From the IMG/VR virus record IMGVR_UViG_3300047557_000938, positions 1 through 53,480 of that record: a stretch of 53,480 nucleotides of DNA; one strand, 5' to 3'. The notes beneath the pieces are model-generated. The model saw nothing but the letters and a program-made list of their open reading frames with translations. It made no database searches and was not told the DNA's origin. Of the stretch, positions 1 to 8,740 are shown piece after piece. A program made the translations under genes and the position numbers. Numbering within the stretch: the first letter of the stretch is position 1; each line of letters begins with the position of its first letter. This DNA comes from a virus. Taxonomy: Duplodnaviria > Caudoviricetes.

Positions 1-127
1 AAAGTTGGAGGGTGCTGACAGACTCGTGCGCCTAGTGAATGGAGCGAAGAGCCCCGAGCAACAGAAGGCTTTACAACAAGCCGTCTATCACACGGGCGAG
101 GCTGTCCTGAACGACTCTAAGAAACTT
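1..127. repeat. Terminal direct repeat (127 bp) identical to 53354-53480; circular or circularly permuted genome
   Basis: aaagttggagggtgctgac...gactctaagaaactt occurs at both ends; 127 is a common assembler k-mer size, so probably an assembly overlap. Confidence 0.95.
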
Positions 128-433
128 GTCCCCGTGGATACTGCCGCATTGAAGGACTCAGGCCGCGTAGAGAATATGAAGATCGGGAAAGGCAAGATTT
201 CAATCGAAGTCACCTACGGTGGGCCAGCAGCCCCGTACGCGAAGATCGTTCATGATGACGTGTCGATGAATCACTCGCCAAGTTTGCTAACGGTGGTGAC
301 GAAACGACCTCGTCGAGGGCAAGCCCTCTACTTGAAGGTGCCTGCTGATGCTTGGCGTTCCAGATTCGTGAAGTCTTTGATCGGTAGATACGCCCGCTAC
401 TTCAAGGGCGACTCGTATGGGAGTGGCGCATGA
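1..433 (+). CDS. HK97 gp10-like neck/tail-completion protein; true start at 53340 across the junction (MKVNVKLEGAD...)
   Basis: VPVDTAALKDSG and YAKIVH motifs; follows head-tail adaptor and stopper; TAATG overlap at 53338-53342. Confidence 0.75.
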   Translation, partial: KLEGADRLVRLVNGAKSPEQQKALQQAVYHTGEAVLNDSKKLVPVDTAALKDSGRVENMKIGKGKISIEVTYGGPAAPYAKIVHDDVSMNHSPSLLTVVTKRPRRGQALYLKVPADAWRSRFVKSLIGRYARYFKGDSYGSGA

Positions 434-825
434 TCCTGGAAGCCTTGGTTGACAAACTACAAACAGCGTCCGTGGGCACGGTTGCTACGAACGTGTTCAT
501 TGGGTTGATGCCAGATCAACCAGACAAAGTGATCGCCCTCTATGAGTACGCGGGACAGGCACCACTAGAAGTTTTTCGGAACGAGACTGCCACAATCGAG
601 GTGCCTACCGTGATTGTTATGGCGCGTGCTGCCAGGAATGATTACCCGACAGCGCGAGCCTTTCTTGAAGACGCGAGGGACGCCTTGTGCGGGATTATTG
701 ACGAGACGATCTCTAACGTTCGATTCCTTCGGGTGGCCGAGGCTTCCTCTATCAACTACGTAAACACGGACGATAACGACCGTCCGAGATTCACTGTTAG
801 CCTTACGGCGTATGTGGAACGCTAA
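430..825 (+). CDS. Tail terminator / minor capsid-type protein
   Basis: 131 aa, MPDQPD and DDNDRPRF motifs; position after gp10-like gene. Confidence 0.7.
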   Translation: MILEALVDKLQTASVGTVATNVFIGLMPDQPDKVIALYEYAGQAPLEVFRNETATIEVPTVIVMARAARNDYPTARAFLEDARDALCGIIDETISNVRFLRVAEASSINYVNTDDNDRPRFTVSLTAYVER

Positions 826-962
826 TGGATGCGTACGGGAAGGGCGCACTAACCATAGAGCGACCGCGCTGTTGGCGGTGTAACAAACTGCTGGCGGAGT
901 TGGTCACGGCCCCATGGAGGATCACTTGCCCACGATGCAAGGCATCAAATCAGCAGGAGTGA
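825..962 (+). CDS. Mu Com-like zinc-ribbon protein (45 aa, not in ORF track)
   Basis: MDAYGKGALTIERPRCWRCNKLLAELVTAPWRITCPRCKASNQQE; RCxxCNKLLA...CPRCK pattern; TAATG coupling. Confidence 0.7.
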   Translation: MDAYGKGALTIERPRCWRCNKLLAELVTAPWRITCPRCKASNQQE

Positions 963-963
963 A

Positions 964-2127
964 GTGAGCCTCAAAGACGAGTTCACCAAGACTGTTCAAC
1001 AAGCCGAGGAACTTGCCGCGCGCAAGCGCAAGTGGATTCCTGGTGTTGAGTGGCTTGGCGCAGAAGGCACAATCACCACAGATGCGATACAAGGTCAGCC
1101 TGACTGGTCGGCGATTCTTATCAAGTGGGAGTTAGACCCAAACGAGTTTCAGATTGTTGAACCCGTTCTCTTCAACTCTTGGGGCGGAGAAGACGGAATC
1201 AACAATCGTCAGTTCAAGGCAAAGGTCATACGTCGCACGAGCGCACCCGTTGATCTAGAGCCCCTGATTGAACGGGCTATGAAACAGAAACCCAGCAGCA
1301 AGAAACATGAAGGCGACAGCATCATGAGCGTCGTGTTGGCTGACTGGCAGATCGGTAAGGCAGATCACGGTGGTGTCGAGGGAACCATTCAAAGGATCAT
1401 GGATCGTAAACAGGCTGTGATAGATCGAGCAAAAGAACTCCGCAAGATAGGTCGCCAAGTTTCTTCGTTGAATGTGCTCTGGACGGGCGACTCGATTGAA
1501 GGCTGTCTCGGGCACTACCCATCGCAAACATTCTTGGTCGAGTTGGATCGCCGTGATCAGGTCAAAGTCGGCCGGCGACTTTTGGCGGACTCGCTCATGG
1601 AATGGTCCAAGCACTTCGACGAAATCGTTGTAGCCGCAGTCGGCGGCAATCATGGGGAGAACAGATCAACAGGCAAGGCGTTCACGGGCGCGCACGACAA
1701 CGACGATCTTGCCGTCGTGGAGCAAGTGTCGGAGATTCTTTCAGCGAACCCAGACGCCTTCGGTCATGTGCGATTCGTGGTGGCTCGTGACAATCTCACG
1801 CTGACCATTCCGGCAGGGGAATGGATCATCGGCATCACGCACGGGCACATGGCTCGAGCAAGTGGAAACGCCGAGGCAAAACTGCGCCGATGGTGGAGCG
1901 ATCAGGCGGCTGGGCGCCAACCAATAGGGGACGCAGACATTCTTGTGACGGGTCACTATCACCATCTGCGCATCGCTGACTGGGGTGGGTGTGTGTGGCT
2001 TCAAGCACCCGCGTTGGAGGGCGGCTCGGAGTGGTGGCGTGTTGCGACTGGCGAGGTGTCTCAGATCGGTATGCTCACATTCATAACAACACGCGAGCAG
2101 CGCGTAACGGACCTGGCTGTTCTTTAG
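964..2127 (+). CDS. Calcineurin-like metallophosphoesterase (MRE11-like)
   Basis: LADWQ, GDSIEG, GNHGE, THGH and GHYHH motifs. Confidence 0.85.
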   Translation: MSLKDEFTKTVQQAEELAARKRKWIPGVEWLGAEGTITTDAIQGQPDWSAILIKWELDPNEFQIVEPVLFNSWGGEDGINNRQFKAKVIRRTSAPVDLEPLIERAMKQKPSSKKHEGDSIMSVVLADWQIGKADHGGVEGTIQRIMDRKQAVIDRAKELRKIGRQVSSLNVLWTGDSIEGCLGHYPSQTFLVELDRRDQVKVGRRLLADSLMEWSKHFDEIVVAAVGGNHGENRSTGKAFTGAHDNDDLAVVEQVSEILSANPDAFGHVRFVVARDNLTLTIPAGEWIIGITHGHMARASGNAEAKLRRWWSDQAAGRQPIGDADILVTGHYHHLRIADWGGCVWLQAPALEGGSEWWRVATGEVSQIGMLTFITTREQRVTDLAVL

Positions 2128-2135
2128 GAGTACGC

Positions 2136-2240
2136 ATGGGTGAAAAGCCAGAGAGGGAGTTCTTCGGTAAATGGAAATACTCAAAGAAGAGGGGTGCGTG
2201 GGTGTGGAAATGGAAGAATCGAAAAGTCAAACGGCGATGA
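2136..2240 (+). CDS. Small basic hypothetical protein
   Basis: AGGAG RBS; ATGA overlap with next gene. Confidence 0.4.
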   Translation: MGEKPEREFFGKWKYSKKRGAWVWKWKNRKVKRR

Positions 2241-2524
2241 CACCCGAAGACATAGCGGCATACGCGGCACGACTTGTCTCCGATGACAGGCAGTACGAGT
2301 ACGGGCATCCACTTGACAATCTGGATAGGGCAGCCCGTATCTGGTCAGTCATCCTTGGATGCGAAGTCTCGGCGGAACAAGTAGCCCTGTGCATGGTCGG
2401 CATGAAGATCGCTAGACAAGTTCACAAGGCAAAGCCGGACACGGTTGTGGACATAATCGGGTACGCATTGACACTACACATGGTGGAGACGGAACGTGCC
2501 AAGCGCAGCCTTCATAACAGGTGA
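2237..2524 (+). CDS. DUF6378-like protein
   Basis: DRQYEYGHP...RIWSVILG...VALCMVGMKIAR...DTVVDIIGY pattern. Confidence 0.7.
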   Translation: MTPEDIAAYAARLVSDDRQYEYGHPLDNLDRAARIWSVILGCEVSAEQVALCMVGMKIARQVHKAKPDTVVDIIGYALTLHMVETERAKRSLHNR

Positions 2525-3548
2525 CTTCGACACGAACATGAACCCGCCGCAGCCGAACGGTTGCGCGTACTACCGATGTGTTCTCCCGTCGCGTGAGGTG
2601 GCAAAGTTAGGTTGGGAAACAGCCGTAGGTATGCCACGCGCCAACGAAGACGCTGGTATTGGTGTGGCGCATGAGAACGGGATGCTAATCGGGTGGGACG
2701 TGTCCGTGTTCAAACTGATGATGCATCAGGCGGTGCCTGGAATGTTCAGGAAGATGCAGGCAAGGGGCGAGCGGATCATCGTGGACATTGACGACTTTCA
2801 TTACGGGCTGCACGAGGAGAATGTTGCGTACAGCGCAACGAACCCGCACTTGAGCCCCGACAACAATCGCGCGTTCTATGAGATTGGTATTCGCCTGGCA
2901 GATACCGTAACGGTATCAACGGACTTCTTAGCGGACTTCTATTCCCGTCGCTGTCGTGATGTTCGCATCATACGTAACGCGCTGGACACCGCACGCTACG
3001 AAGCCGTGGAACAACCCGAGACACCCACGATCGGTTGGGTCGGTGGAACCTGGTGGCGGTCGGGAGACATTGAACTGTTGCGGGAGTGGCTCCCAGCGTG
3101 GTCGAAGGATCACAACATCACCGTCCATCACTCGGGCCACATTCCAGGCGACCCGCATCACTTCGGTGTTCGAGCGGGCTTGAAGAGAGTGCAAACAACC
3201 GTGATGCACCCCATCGCCATGTATCCCGAACTGTTGAAGAAGTTTCATATCGGGCTTGTTCCTCTCACTAGGACTCCATTCAACGAGGCGAAGTCTTTCT
3301 TGAAGGGCTTGGAGTACGCGGCGTCGGGTATCCCGTTCATCGCTACACCCACGGACGAGTACAGACTCCTGTACAGGGCAGGAGTGGGGCGACTAGCAGA
3401 AACGGCAGACGAATGGCGAGATCACGCAACGGAACTTCTCGATCCGCAAGTGCGTCGGGAGGAAGCCGAAAGACAAAGAAAGATCGTCCAGAAGCAGTTC
3501 GACATAAGCCTGATGGGGCCCGAGTGGGATATCGCGATGAGTGGCTGA
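2496..3548 (+). CDS. Glycosyltransferase, GT-B fold (GT4-like)
   Basis: YYRCVLP, VDIDD, IGLVPL...FNEAKSFLKGLEYAASGIPFIAT motifs. Confidence 0.85.
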   Translation: MPSAAFITGDFDTNMNPPQPNGCAYYRCVLPSREVAKLGWETAVGMPRANEDAGIGVAHENGMLIGWDVSVFKLMMHQAVPGMFRKMQARGERIIVDIDDFHYGLHEENVAYSATNPHLSPDNNRAFYEIGIRLADTVTVSTDFLADFYSRRCRDVRIIRNALDTARYEAVEQPETPTIGWVGGTWWRSGDIELLREWLPAWSKDHNITVHHSGHIPGDPHHFGVRAGLKRVQTTVMHPIAMYPELLKKFHIGLVPLTRTPFNEAKSFLKGLEYAASGIPFIATPTDEYRLLYRAGVGRLAETADEWRDHATELLDPQVRREEAERQRKIVQKQFDISLMGPEWDIAMSG

Positions 3549-4123
3549 CGCACGCTGGTCTGGGCTCGCGGCATTACGAGGTCGTCGTACACGCGTTCGA
3601 TAAGAACCTCCCTAAGGAGCCCGTGCGGCTTCTAGAGGCGGGTGTGGAGAACGGTGGCTCGCTCGAGGTGTGGAAGAAGATTCTTCCTGAGGGGAGCGAG
3701 GTCGTGGGCGTGGACTGTAATCCTTTGTGCGCCACACTCGGGTTAGATGTACGGGTAGGTGATGTAACAGACGACGGGTGGCTGCGAGGACAGTTTCGTG
3801 GAGAGTGGTTCGACATAATCGTGGACTCCACAGGAACCATGAGTGCGAACTTGTGGCCCTTCTTGACTCTCGGGGGTCGCATGTTCCTAGAGGGCTACGA
3901 CACGGAGCGAGTCGTTCAACTTGTGCGCGACGTTGCGGAGGATCGGGACTCGTGGCTGCCTGGTGAAGAGATCATGCGAGTTGAAGTGTTCCCACACATC
4001 GTCGTGATTGAGAAGAGGAATCCTCGCGTGGTTCCCTACTTGCAGATCACGGTGGGGAACTTCTACGACGTTGTGCCTGAGCCTGAGTTGCTGGCACGAG
4101 GCATGAAACGGGTCGTCGTCTAA
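3524..4123 (+). CDS. Class I SAM-dependent methyltransferase (sugar O-methyltransferase-like)
   Basis: LLEAGVENGGSL...VVGVD...GDVTD...FDIIVD; start estimated at GTG 3524. Confidence 0.7.
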   Translation: MGYRDEWLTHAGLGSRHYEVVVHAFDKNLPKEPVRLLEAGVENGGSLEVWKKILPEGSEVVGVDCNPLCATLGLDVRVGDVTDDGWLRGQFRGEWFDIIVDSTGTMSANLWPFLTLGGRMFLEGYDTERVVQLVRDVAEDRDSWLPGEEIMRVEVFPHIVVIEKRNPRVVPYLQITVGNFYDVVPEPELLARGMKRVVV

Positions 4124-4129
4124 ACTTAG

Positions 4130-4681
4130 ATGATGGCTAACTATTGGCAGAAGCGTGCTTACGCTGAACTCTCCACTGAGGCTTCGGATCTATCGAAGCG
4201 AGGTCTTGTGTATCTAATGGCAGAGTTCTTCACAGTAGGTGCCACGTCCTCGGTTCACTTCGTCATGGAAACGGGCACAAAGAGTATTCAGTTTGAGTTC
4301 TACGACATAGGCACAGACACAGCCACCGTAAGGGCCGAGTTGATTGAGGGTGCTACGTACACGAAGTTCGGAACGCCCATCACTCCAAGGAATCTGAATC
4401 GCACCTATCCCGATGCTTCGAGCATTGTTTTGTCTTCGGCGTCCGCGATTAGTGGCGGGACAAAGATCGCGAGCGAGTTAGTGGGGTCCGGTAATAAGGC
4501 GGGTGGCGATATGTCATCTAACAAGGTTCATATCCTTAGAGCCTCACAGGGATATGTCATGTCGTTCTACAACCCATCAAATCAACCAACACTCGCGCAC
4601 ATGAATCTCGGGTGGTCCGAAGATGAACCCGCGCAGTATGACCTCGTGACTGAAGGCATCAACTCCGGCGGCGTGACCTAG
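4130..4681 (+). CDS. Hypothetical beta-rich protein, possibly virion-associated; probably leaderless
   Basis: 183 aa ORF; TAAACT -10 at 4121-4126 six bases before ATG 4133. Confidence 0.55.
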   Translation: MMANYWQKRAYAELSTEASDLSKRGLVYLMAEFFTVGATSSVHFVMETGTKSIQFEFYDIGTDTATVRAELIEGATYTKFGTPITPRNLNRTYPDASSIVLSSASAISGGTKIASELVGSGNKAGGDMSSNKVHILRASQGYVMSFYNPSNQPTLAHMNLGWSEDEPAQYDLVTEGINSGGVT

Positions 4682-4714
4682 AAAACCCTGTAAACAGTCG
4701 GCATGTTGCGGTTG

Positions 4715-4790
4715 TTGAGTCTTGTGCCAAAGTAGGAGACACTTGTCTCAGACGGCTCCGAGGGGGAGCCCGAGGGACCGAGGGGGTCTC
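4715..4790 (+). promoter_or_regulatory. Island promoter P1 with two GAGGG-loop leader hairpins
   Basis: TTGAGT-N17-GACACT; GGCTCC-GAGGG-GGAGCC (4754-4770) and GGGACC-GAGGG-GGTCTC (4774-4790). Confidence 0.65.
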
Positions 4791-4792
4791 AC

Positions 4793-5155
4793 ATGAGCAA
4801 GTACACAATCATGGCGCCGGGTGCGTGGTGCACGGACATTGAACCCGCCATGGAAGATCGCATGAATGAACTTGAAAAGGGGACTGCGTACGAACACAGC
4901 ATTGAAGTGACTCAACAGTTTCACGACCCGTCAAGAGTTCTGCGACGCGGCAAAGGGACACAGCACCGATTCGACTTGTCATCCCTCGAGGCTGTCGCGT
5001 TCTTGCGAGGCGAGGCCGAATACAGATGGGACTGGAATCTCGACACCATGAAGGAGGCCGACGGCCCCGAGGACCGCGAGTATCGGAGACGGAATGCCCA
5101 GGCCGCGAAGAAGTTGATGGATCGTTGCGACGCGATCTTGAAGGCACAGTCATAA
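4793..5155 (+). CDS. Hypothetical protein, paralog of 37964-38317
   Basis: Shared EKGT, GxGT, FLxGEAxYR and AAxxLMxxC motifs. Confidence 0.75.
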   Translation: MSKYTIMAPGAWCTDIEPAMEDRMNELEKGTAYEHSIEVTQQFHDPSRVLRRGKGTQHRFDLSSLEAVAFLRGEAEYRWDWNLDTMKEADGPEDREYRRRNAQAAKKLMDRCDAILKAQS

Positions 5156-5394
5156 TGACCATCGATGGGATCGGCTCGGCTCGCAGACTGTTCGACGGTC
5201 GCTGCCAGGAGTTCGACGGCACCTACTGGGCATGGCCCGTGGATGGGTATTGGGATCTTCATCACGCGGAGAGAGGCGTTCAGCCAGACGGCTCCGATGT
5301 GATTGAGGAAGGCTTGCCGTCACTTGCGGCGGCGCGTGCGGCGGCTCGGGAGCGCCGAGACTTCTATGGTTGGCTCAACAAGTTGGAGGGGTGA
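5155..5394 (+). CDS. Hypothetical protein
   Basis: TAATG coupling; MTIDGIG start. Confidence 0.55.
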   Translation: MTIDGIGSARRLFDGRCQEFDGTYWAWPVDGYWDLHHAERGVQPDGSDVIEEGLPSLAAARAAARERRDFYGWLNKLEG

Positions 5395-5573
5395 TGGGGA
5401 TCAGGGGCAAGTGTGTGTGGTGTGAAGGAAAGGCTGATCGTTTATGGCACACCCGTTGCGGGCCAGAGGCCATGTGTGGGCCATGTGCCGAGACGCGCGC
5501 GATTGCGGCGCTTGCTGAGTTGGCGCGGCATCGTGAGAAAGAGTTGAGGGATCAGGGAAGGGAGGGGTCGTGA
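5394..5573 (+). CDS. Small Cys-rich (zinc-finger-like) protein
   Basis: CVWC...CGPC; GGAGGGG RBS; TGATG coupling. Confidence 0.55.
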   Translation: MGIRGKCVWCEGKADRLWHTRCGPEAMCGPCAETRAIAALAELARHREKELRDQGREGS

Positions 5574-5833
5574 TTGTTGAGATGATTGACGGGCAGACGT
5601 TCGTGTCGCCTGAGGTGGCTGAGGATGTGTCGGACGAGATGCTGACCTTGGCTGAGCAAGTGTGCGACGGGTACTTCGACGACGATGAACGAATCGACTG
5701 GGAGGAGTTCATTGACCGCATGTGTAAAGAGGGCTACTTGGATGACGGGACACGCCTTGAGTTCCAGGAGTATGACAACCCGGCGATCTCCAAGATCAAA
5801 CGACACGTTCGGAACTACAGGAGTGCATCATGA
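5570..5833 (+). CDS. Acidic hypothetical protein
   Basis: GGAGGGG RBS, GTGA overlap. Confidence 0.6.
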   Translation: MIVEMIDGQTFVSPEVAEDVSDEMLTLAEQVCDGYFDDDERIDWEEFIDRMCKEGYLDDGTRLEFQEYDNPAISKIKRHVRNYRSAS

Positions 5834-6084
5834 TTGTGTGGACGGGTCAGCCGTATCGGTTCACGGAAGAGGACGAGCGAGTGTTGGAGTCCCTCACTCA
5901 GGCGGGCTTTCTGGACAAAGATCAGCCGTTCAATGTTCTTGAGGTGGTGAATGCGGCCCGGACTTTTGAGCGAGCCCGAATCATTGACAACATAGATAGG
6001 CTGCCTGCAGCCGAACGAGTCTTGCTGACGAACTTTGTGATCTGGCTGACTCTCGGCGCACCCGATAGCAAGAGGGAGGCGTAG
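5830..6084 (+). CDS. Hypothetical protein
   Basis: AGGAG RBS, ATGA overlap. Confidence 0.55.
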   Translation: MIVWTGQPYRFTEEDERVLESLTQAGFLDKDQPFNVLEVVNAARTFERARIIDNIDRLPAAERVLLTNFVIWLTLGAPDSKREA

Positions 6085-6315
6085 TGGAATCTCGAGACAA
6101 CGATGCGTTGCAGAAGGTAACAAGTTGCGGCTGCCTTGGGACGTTGATCCTGTTCGGGCTCGCACTCACGACGGCTCTCGTGTTCTGGAGCGCAAAGATG
6201 ATCGGCACCATGCCGTGATGCCCACCTCGCCGGATCAACCCGTGTGGCTCGTGCTGTTGTTTCTTGTAGCGACAGGGATCGGTTTCGCTGCCTATTGGGT
6301 TACAGCAGGCCGCAA

Positions 6316-6942
6316 GTGACACCCGATGAAGTGCGCCGCATTTTGCTCGCGAAGAGGACGAAAAGGGACGAGCAGAGGAAGGTTGGACCAAGCGAGATCG
6401 GTGGCTGCCGACGGAAGGTGTGGCATCGCATCCAGCACACCCCTCAAACAAACCTAGACACGCTCCGTCTCGCAGCAAACCTGGGGACAGCGATCCACTC
6501 GTGGATCGAAACTCAACTCGCTAACGATGATCGGTTTATCTTGGAGACGCGAGTCGAGAGGGACGGGCTTGTCGGGCACGTGGACTGCTACGACAAAGAA
6601 CAGCAGATGGTGATTGACTGGAAGACGATCAAACTCTCAGGCGTGCCGTACTTTCCGTCGAAGCAGCAACGCTGGCAGGTTCACATTTACGGCTGGCTTA
6701 TGAGCCTTCAACATGAGGTTCGCTCCGTCTGCTTAGTTGGACTCCCCCGTGATGGAACAGACAGGGACGTCATCACCCACACCGAGCCCTACTCCGAGCG
6801 CATCGCCCTCGAAGCCCTCACCTGGCTGCGTGAGATTGAAGCCATGCCGGAGCCACCGAAGCCGGAGAAGCCGAAGAAGTTCTGCCGCGACTACTGCACG
6901 TACTACGACCCGACGGGCGTCATCGGGTGCACAGGGGCCTAG
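6316..6942 (+). CDS. Cas4-like / PD-(D/E)XK exonuclease
   Basis: PSEIGGCRR, GTAIH, GHVD, IDWKT, QVHIY and C-terminal CRDYC...C Fe-S ligand pattern; GTGA overlap start. Confidence 0.8.
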   Translation: MTPDEVRRILLAKRTKRDEQRKVGPSEIGGCRRKVWHRIQHTPQTNLDTLRLAANLGTAIHSWIETQLANDDRFILETRVERDGLVGHVDCYDKEQQMVIDWKTIKLSGVPYFPSKQQRWQVHIYGWLMSLQHEVRSVCLVGLPRDGTDRDVITHTEPYSERIALEALTWLREIEAMPEPPKPEKPKKFCRDYCTYYDPTGVIGCTGA

Positions 6943-7028
6943 GAGCGATTCTGAGCCCCGAACAGGCCACGGCCCGAATGGAGCGACCAGGGCGAGCCCT
7001 CGGCCCTCTACGGCCCTCAAAACACGAA

Positions 7029-7119
7029 TACCACCAAACATCCTGAGTACCACCAAACAGGGCAAATACCACCAAAACGGGCATCCCACACCAAACCTCC
7101 CCCAAGAAATACCACCAAA
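7029..7119 (+). repeat. TACCACCAAA direct repeats, mostly 19-bp period
   Basis: Copies at 7029, 7048, 7067, 7086 (degenerate) and 7110 in an intergenic region. Confidence 0.8.
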
Positions 7120-7171
7120 TCGGGCATTCCGGCATCCCCTAAATAGGGCCAAAACGGGCAGCCGCCCCTTG

Positions 7172-7226
7172 TTGCCAAGAGGGCCCCCCAGGCGTGATCC
7201 TTGTTTCAAGAGCCCGAGGGGGGCTC
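7172..7226 (+). promoter_or_regulatory. Island promoter P2 with GAGGG-loop hairpin
   Basis: TTGCCA-N18-GATCCT; GAGCCC-GAGGG-GGGCTC (7210-7226); AAAWCGGGCA boxes upstream. Confidence 0.7.
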
Positions 7227-7242
7227 AGAGGGAGGCAGTCAC

Positions 7243-8097
7243 ATGAGGACCGACATTCACAGGCCAGCCAGCGAGGCCTTCAACCCCGAGGCCTACGACT
7301 GCCACGGCGTGTTCGACAACCACGAGTTGTGGGGCAACGCCGCGGCGCGCGGGCAGGCGATCCGCTCACTCGTGAACCAGGGCTACAGGTTCGGCCACGG
7401 CAGCAGCGACATGTGCGGTCATTGCGGGGCGCGCATGCGCTACGCGGCACTCATGGTTCACCGCGAGGTCAAGGAGTTCATCTTCGTAGGCGAGACCTGC
7501 CTCGACAATCGGTTCCAACTGGCGAAGGGCGAGTTCGCTCGACTCCGCAAGGCAGGCAAGTTGAACTCGCAGCGGGCCACCCGCGCCGAGGTCGCCGAGC
7601 GCACGTTCGAAGAGAACCCGTGGCTCAACGAGATCGTGGAGCATGAACTCACGGACGGGTTCCTGGCATCGCTCCACGAACAAGCCCGCGAGGGCAAGAT
7701 CCTCTCGGCCCGGCAGATCGAGGCAGGCCAGGCAGCCCTCGTGAAGGCGATCCAGCGGAAGGCTGAGCGTGCAATCGAAGACGCCAACGCAGTCCCCGCA
7801 CCCGAGGGCAAGGTCACCGTTCGGGGAGAGGTGAAGAGCAAGAAGTGGCAGGAGAGCGAGTTCGGGGGCCAGTTGAAGATGCTGGTCCTCGCAGACGAGG
7901 GCTTCAAGGTGTGGAGCACAGTCCCAGCCTCGCTCCTGGGGACCTCGGTCCTAGTGGACGGGGATTGGATCGAGACCCTGGACGTGAATGTGGGCGAGCG
8001 GGTGGAGTTCACCGCCACGCTGACCCGCTCGAGCAACGACGAGACGTTCGCAATCGCGAAGCGTCCGACCAAGGCAATCAACCTAAGCAGGGCATAG
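7243..8097 (+). CDS. Hypothetical protein with CGHCG motif and probable C-terminal OB fold
   Basis: RBS GGAGG before ATG 7243; C-terminal beta pattern GERVEFTATL...KRPTKA. Confidence 0.7.
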   Translation: MRTDIHRPASEAFNPEAYDCHGVFDNHELWGNAAARGQAIRSLVNQGYRFGHGSSDMCGHCGARMRYAALMVHREVKEFIFVGETCLDNRFQLAKGEFARLRKAGKLNSQRATRAEVAERTFEENPWLNEIVEHELTDGFLASLHEQAREGKILSARQIEAGQAALVKAIQRKAERAIEDANAVPAPEGKVTVRGEVKSKKWQESEFGGQLKMLVLADEGFKVWSTVPASLLGTSVLVDGDWIETLDVNVGERVEFTATLTRSSNDETFAIAKRPTKAINLSRA

Positions 8098-8105
8098 GAG
8101 GGGTG

Positions 8106-8417
8106 ATGAAACTCAACGCAGAGGACTGGAACGGTCACAAGGTCGTGTGGGCCAACGGCTGGGCCTGGACGGAGAAGTACCACGAACTGACCATGAAGAA
8201 CGGCGACTCGTACGACTCGTGCATTCACTGCGGACGCAAGACCAGCAGGAAAGGCAAGTCTCTTGGGGTGCTTGTGAGTGAGGGAGGCGGCGCGTTCATT
8301 CTTGAAGCCGATTACGACAACTACCCTCACGACGGCGGGGGGATGGGTTGGTTCCCGGTCGGTCGCGAGTGCATCAAGGACGTGCCGAGCGCGTACTGGG
8401 TCGAAGACCCGCAGTAG
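8106..8417 (+). CDS. Hypothetical protein (CIHCG...EC)
   Basis: GGAGGGG RBS before ATG 8106. Confidence 0.6.
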   Translation: MKLNAEDWNGHKVVWANGWAWTEKYHELTMKNGDSYDSCIHCGRKTSRKGKSLGVLVSEGGGAFILEADYDNYPHDGGGMGWFPVGRECIKDVPSAYWVEDPQ

Positions 8418-8427
8418 ACCGCGCAAC

Positions 8428-8462
8428 GAGTGGCTCCGCATCGAAAGGTGCGGGACTTACTC
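8428..8462 (+). terminator. Hairpin ending the island (GAAA loop), possible terminator
   Basis: GAGTGG.TCCGCATC-GAAA-GGTGCGGG..TTACTC; no clear U-tract. Confidence 0.45.
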
Positions 8463-8465
8463 ATG

Positions 8466-8557
8466 TAGACTTGCACTAGCAACGTGTCCACGTGACCCCG
8501 CTCCGTTCGTGGGCTCGTCCCCTTGGGAGGCCGGGGTTGCCGTGCCTAAGGAGCGGG
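8466..8557 (+). promoter_or_regulatory. TAGACT -10 and structured leader of the tail operon
   Basis: TAGACT 8466-8471; alternative helices 8489-8500/8532-8544 versus 8497-8504/8550-8557 (covers the RBS). Confidence 0.5.
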
Positions 8558-8740
8558 ATGACGAAATACAAGACCCTCATAGGGATGAACTATGAGGGCA
8601 AGAGGGTTGAGGCAGACACGATCATCGAAGACCTTCCCAGCAAGAGCCTCCCGTGGCTTGTGGAGCAGGGACTCGTAGAGAAAGTTGAAGGAGAATCCAG
8701 CAAACGTGAGCCCAAGTCTCCGAGCGAAGGGGACGAGTAA
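8558..8740 (+). CDS. Small virion-associated protein
   Basis: AAGGAG RBS; MTKYKTLIG...WLVEQGLVE; precedes tail tube genes. Confidence 0.6.
   Translation: MTKYKTLIGMNYEGKRVEADTIIEDLPSKSLPWLVEQGLVEKVEGESSKREPKSPSEGDE

Noticed and set aside
6316-7160. Cas4-like gene followed by short repeats as a mini CRISPR locus
   Set aside because: Repeats are 10 bp with 9-14 bp gaps, far too short for CRISPR repeats and spacers; stand-alone Cas4-like nucleases are common in phages
6737-7246. 169-aa Pro/Arg-rich ORF over the repeat region
   Set aside because: Low-complexity translation of a regulatory intergenic region overlapping the nuclease gene
7458-8441. 327-aa minus-strand ORF and similar long antisense ORFs (10274-11056, 50314-51018, 19933-20478)
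   Set aside because: Overlap well-supported plus-strand genes in GC-rich DNA; no recognisable domains
8478-8557. Known riboswitch (preQ1, ZTP, SAM)
   Set aside because: Conserved cores of these classes were not found by eye; kept only as an unnamed structured leader
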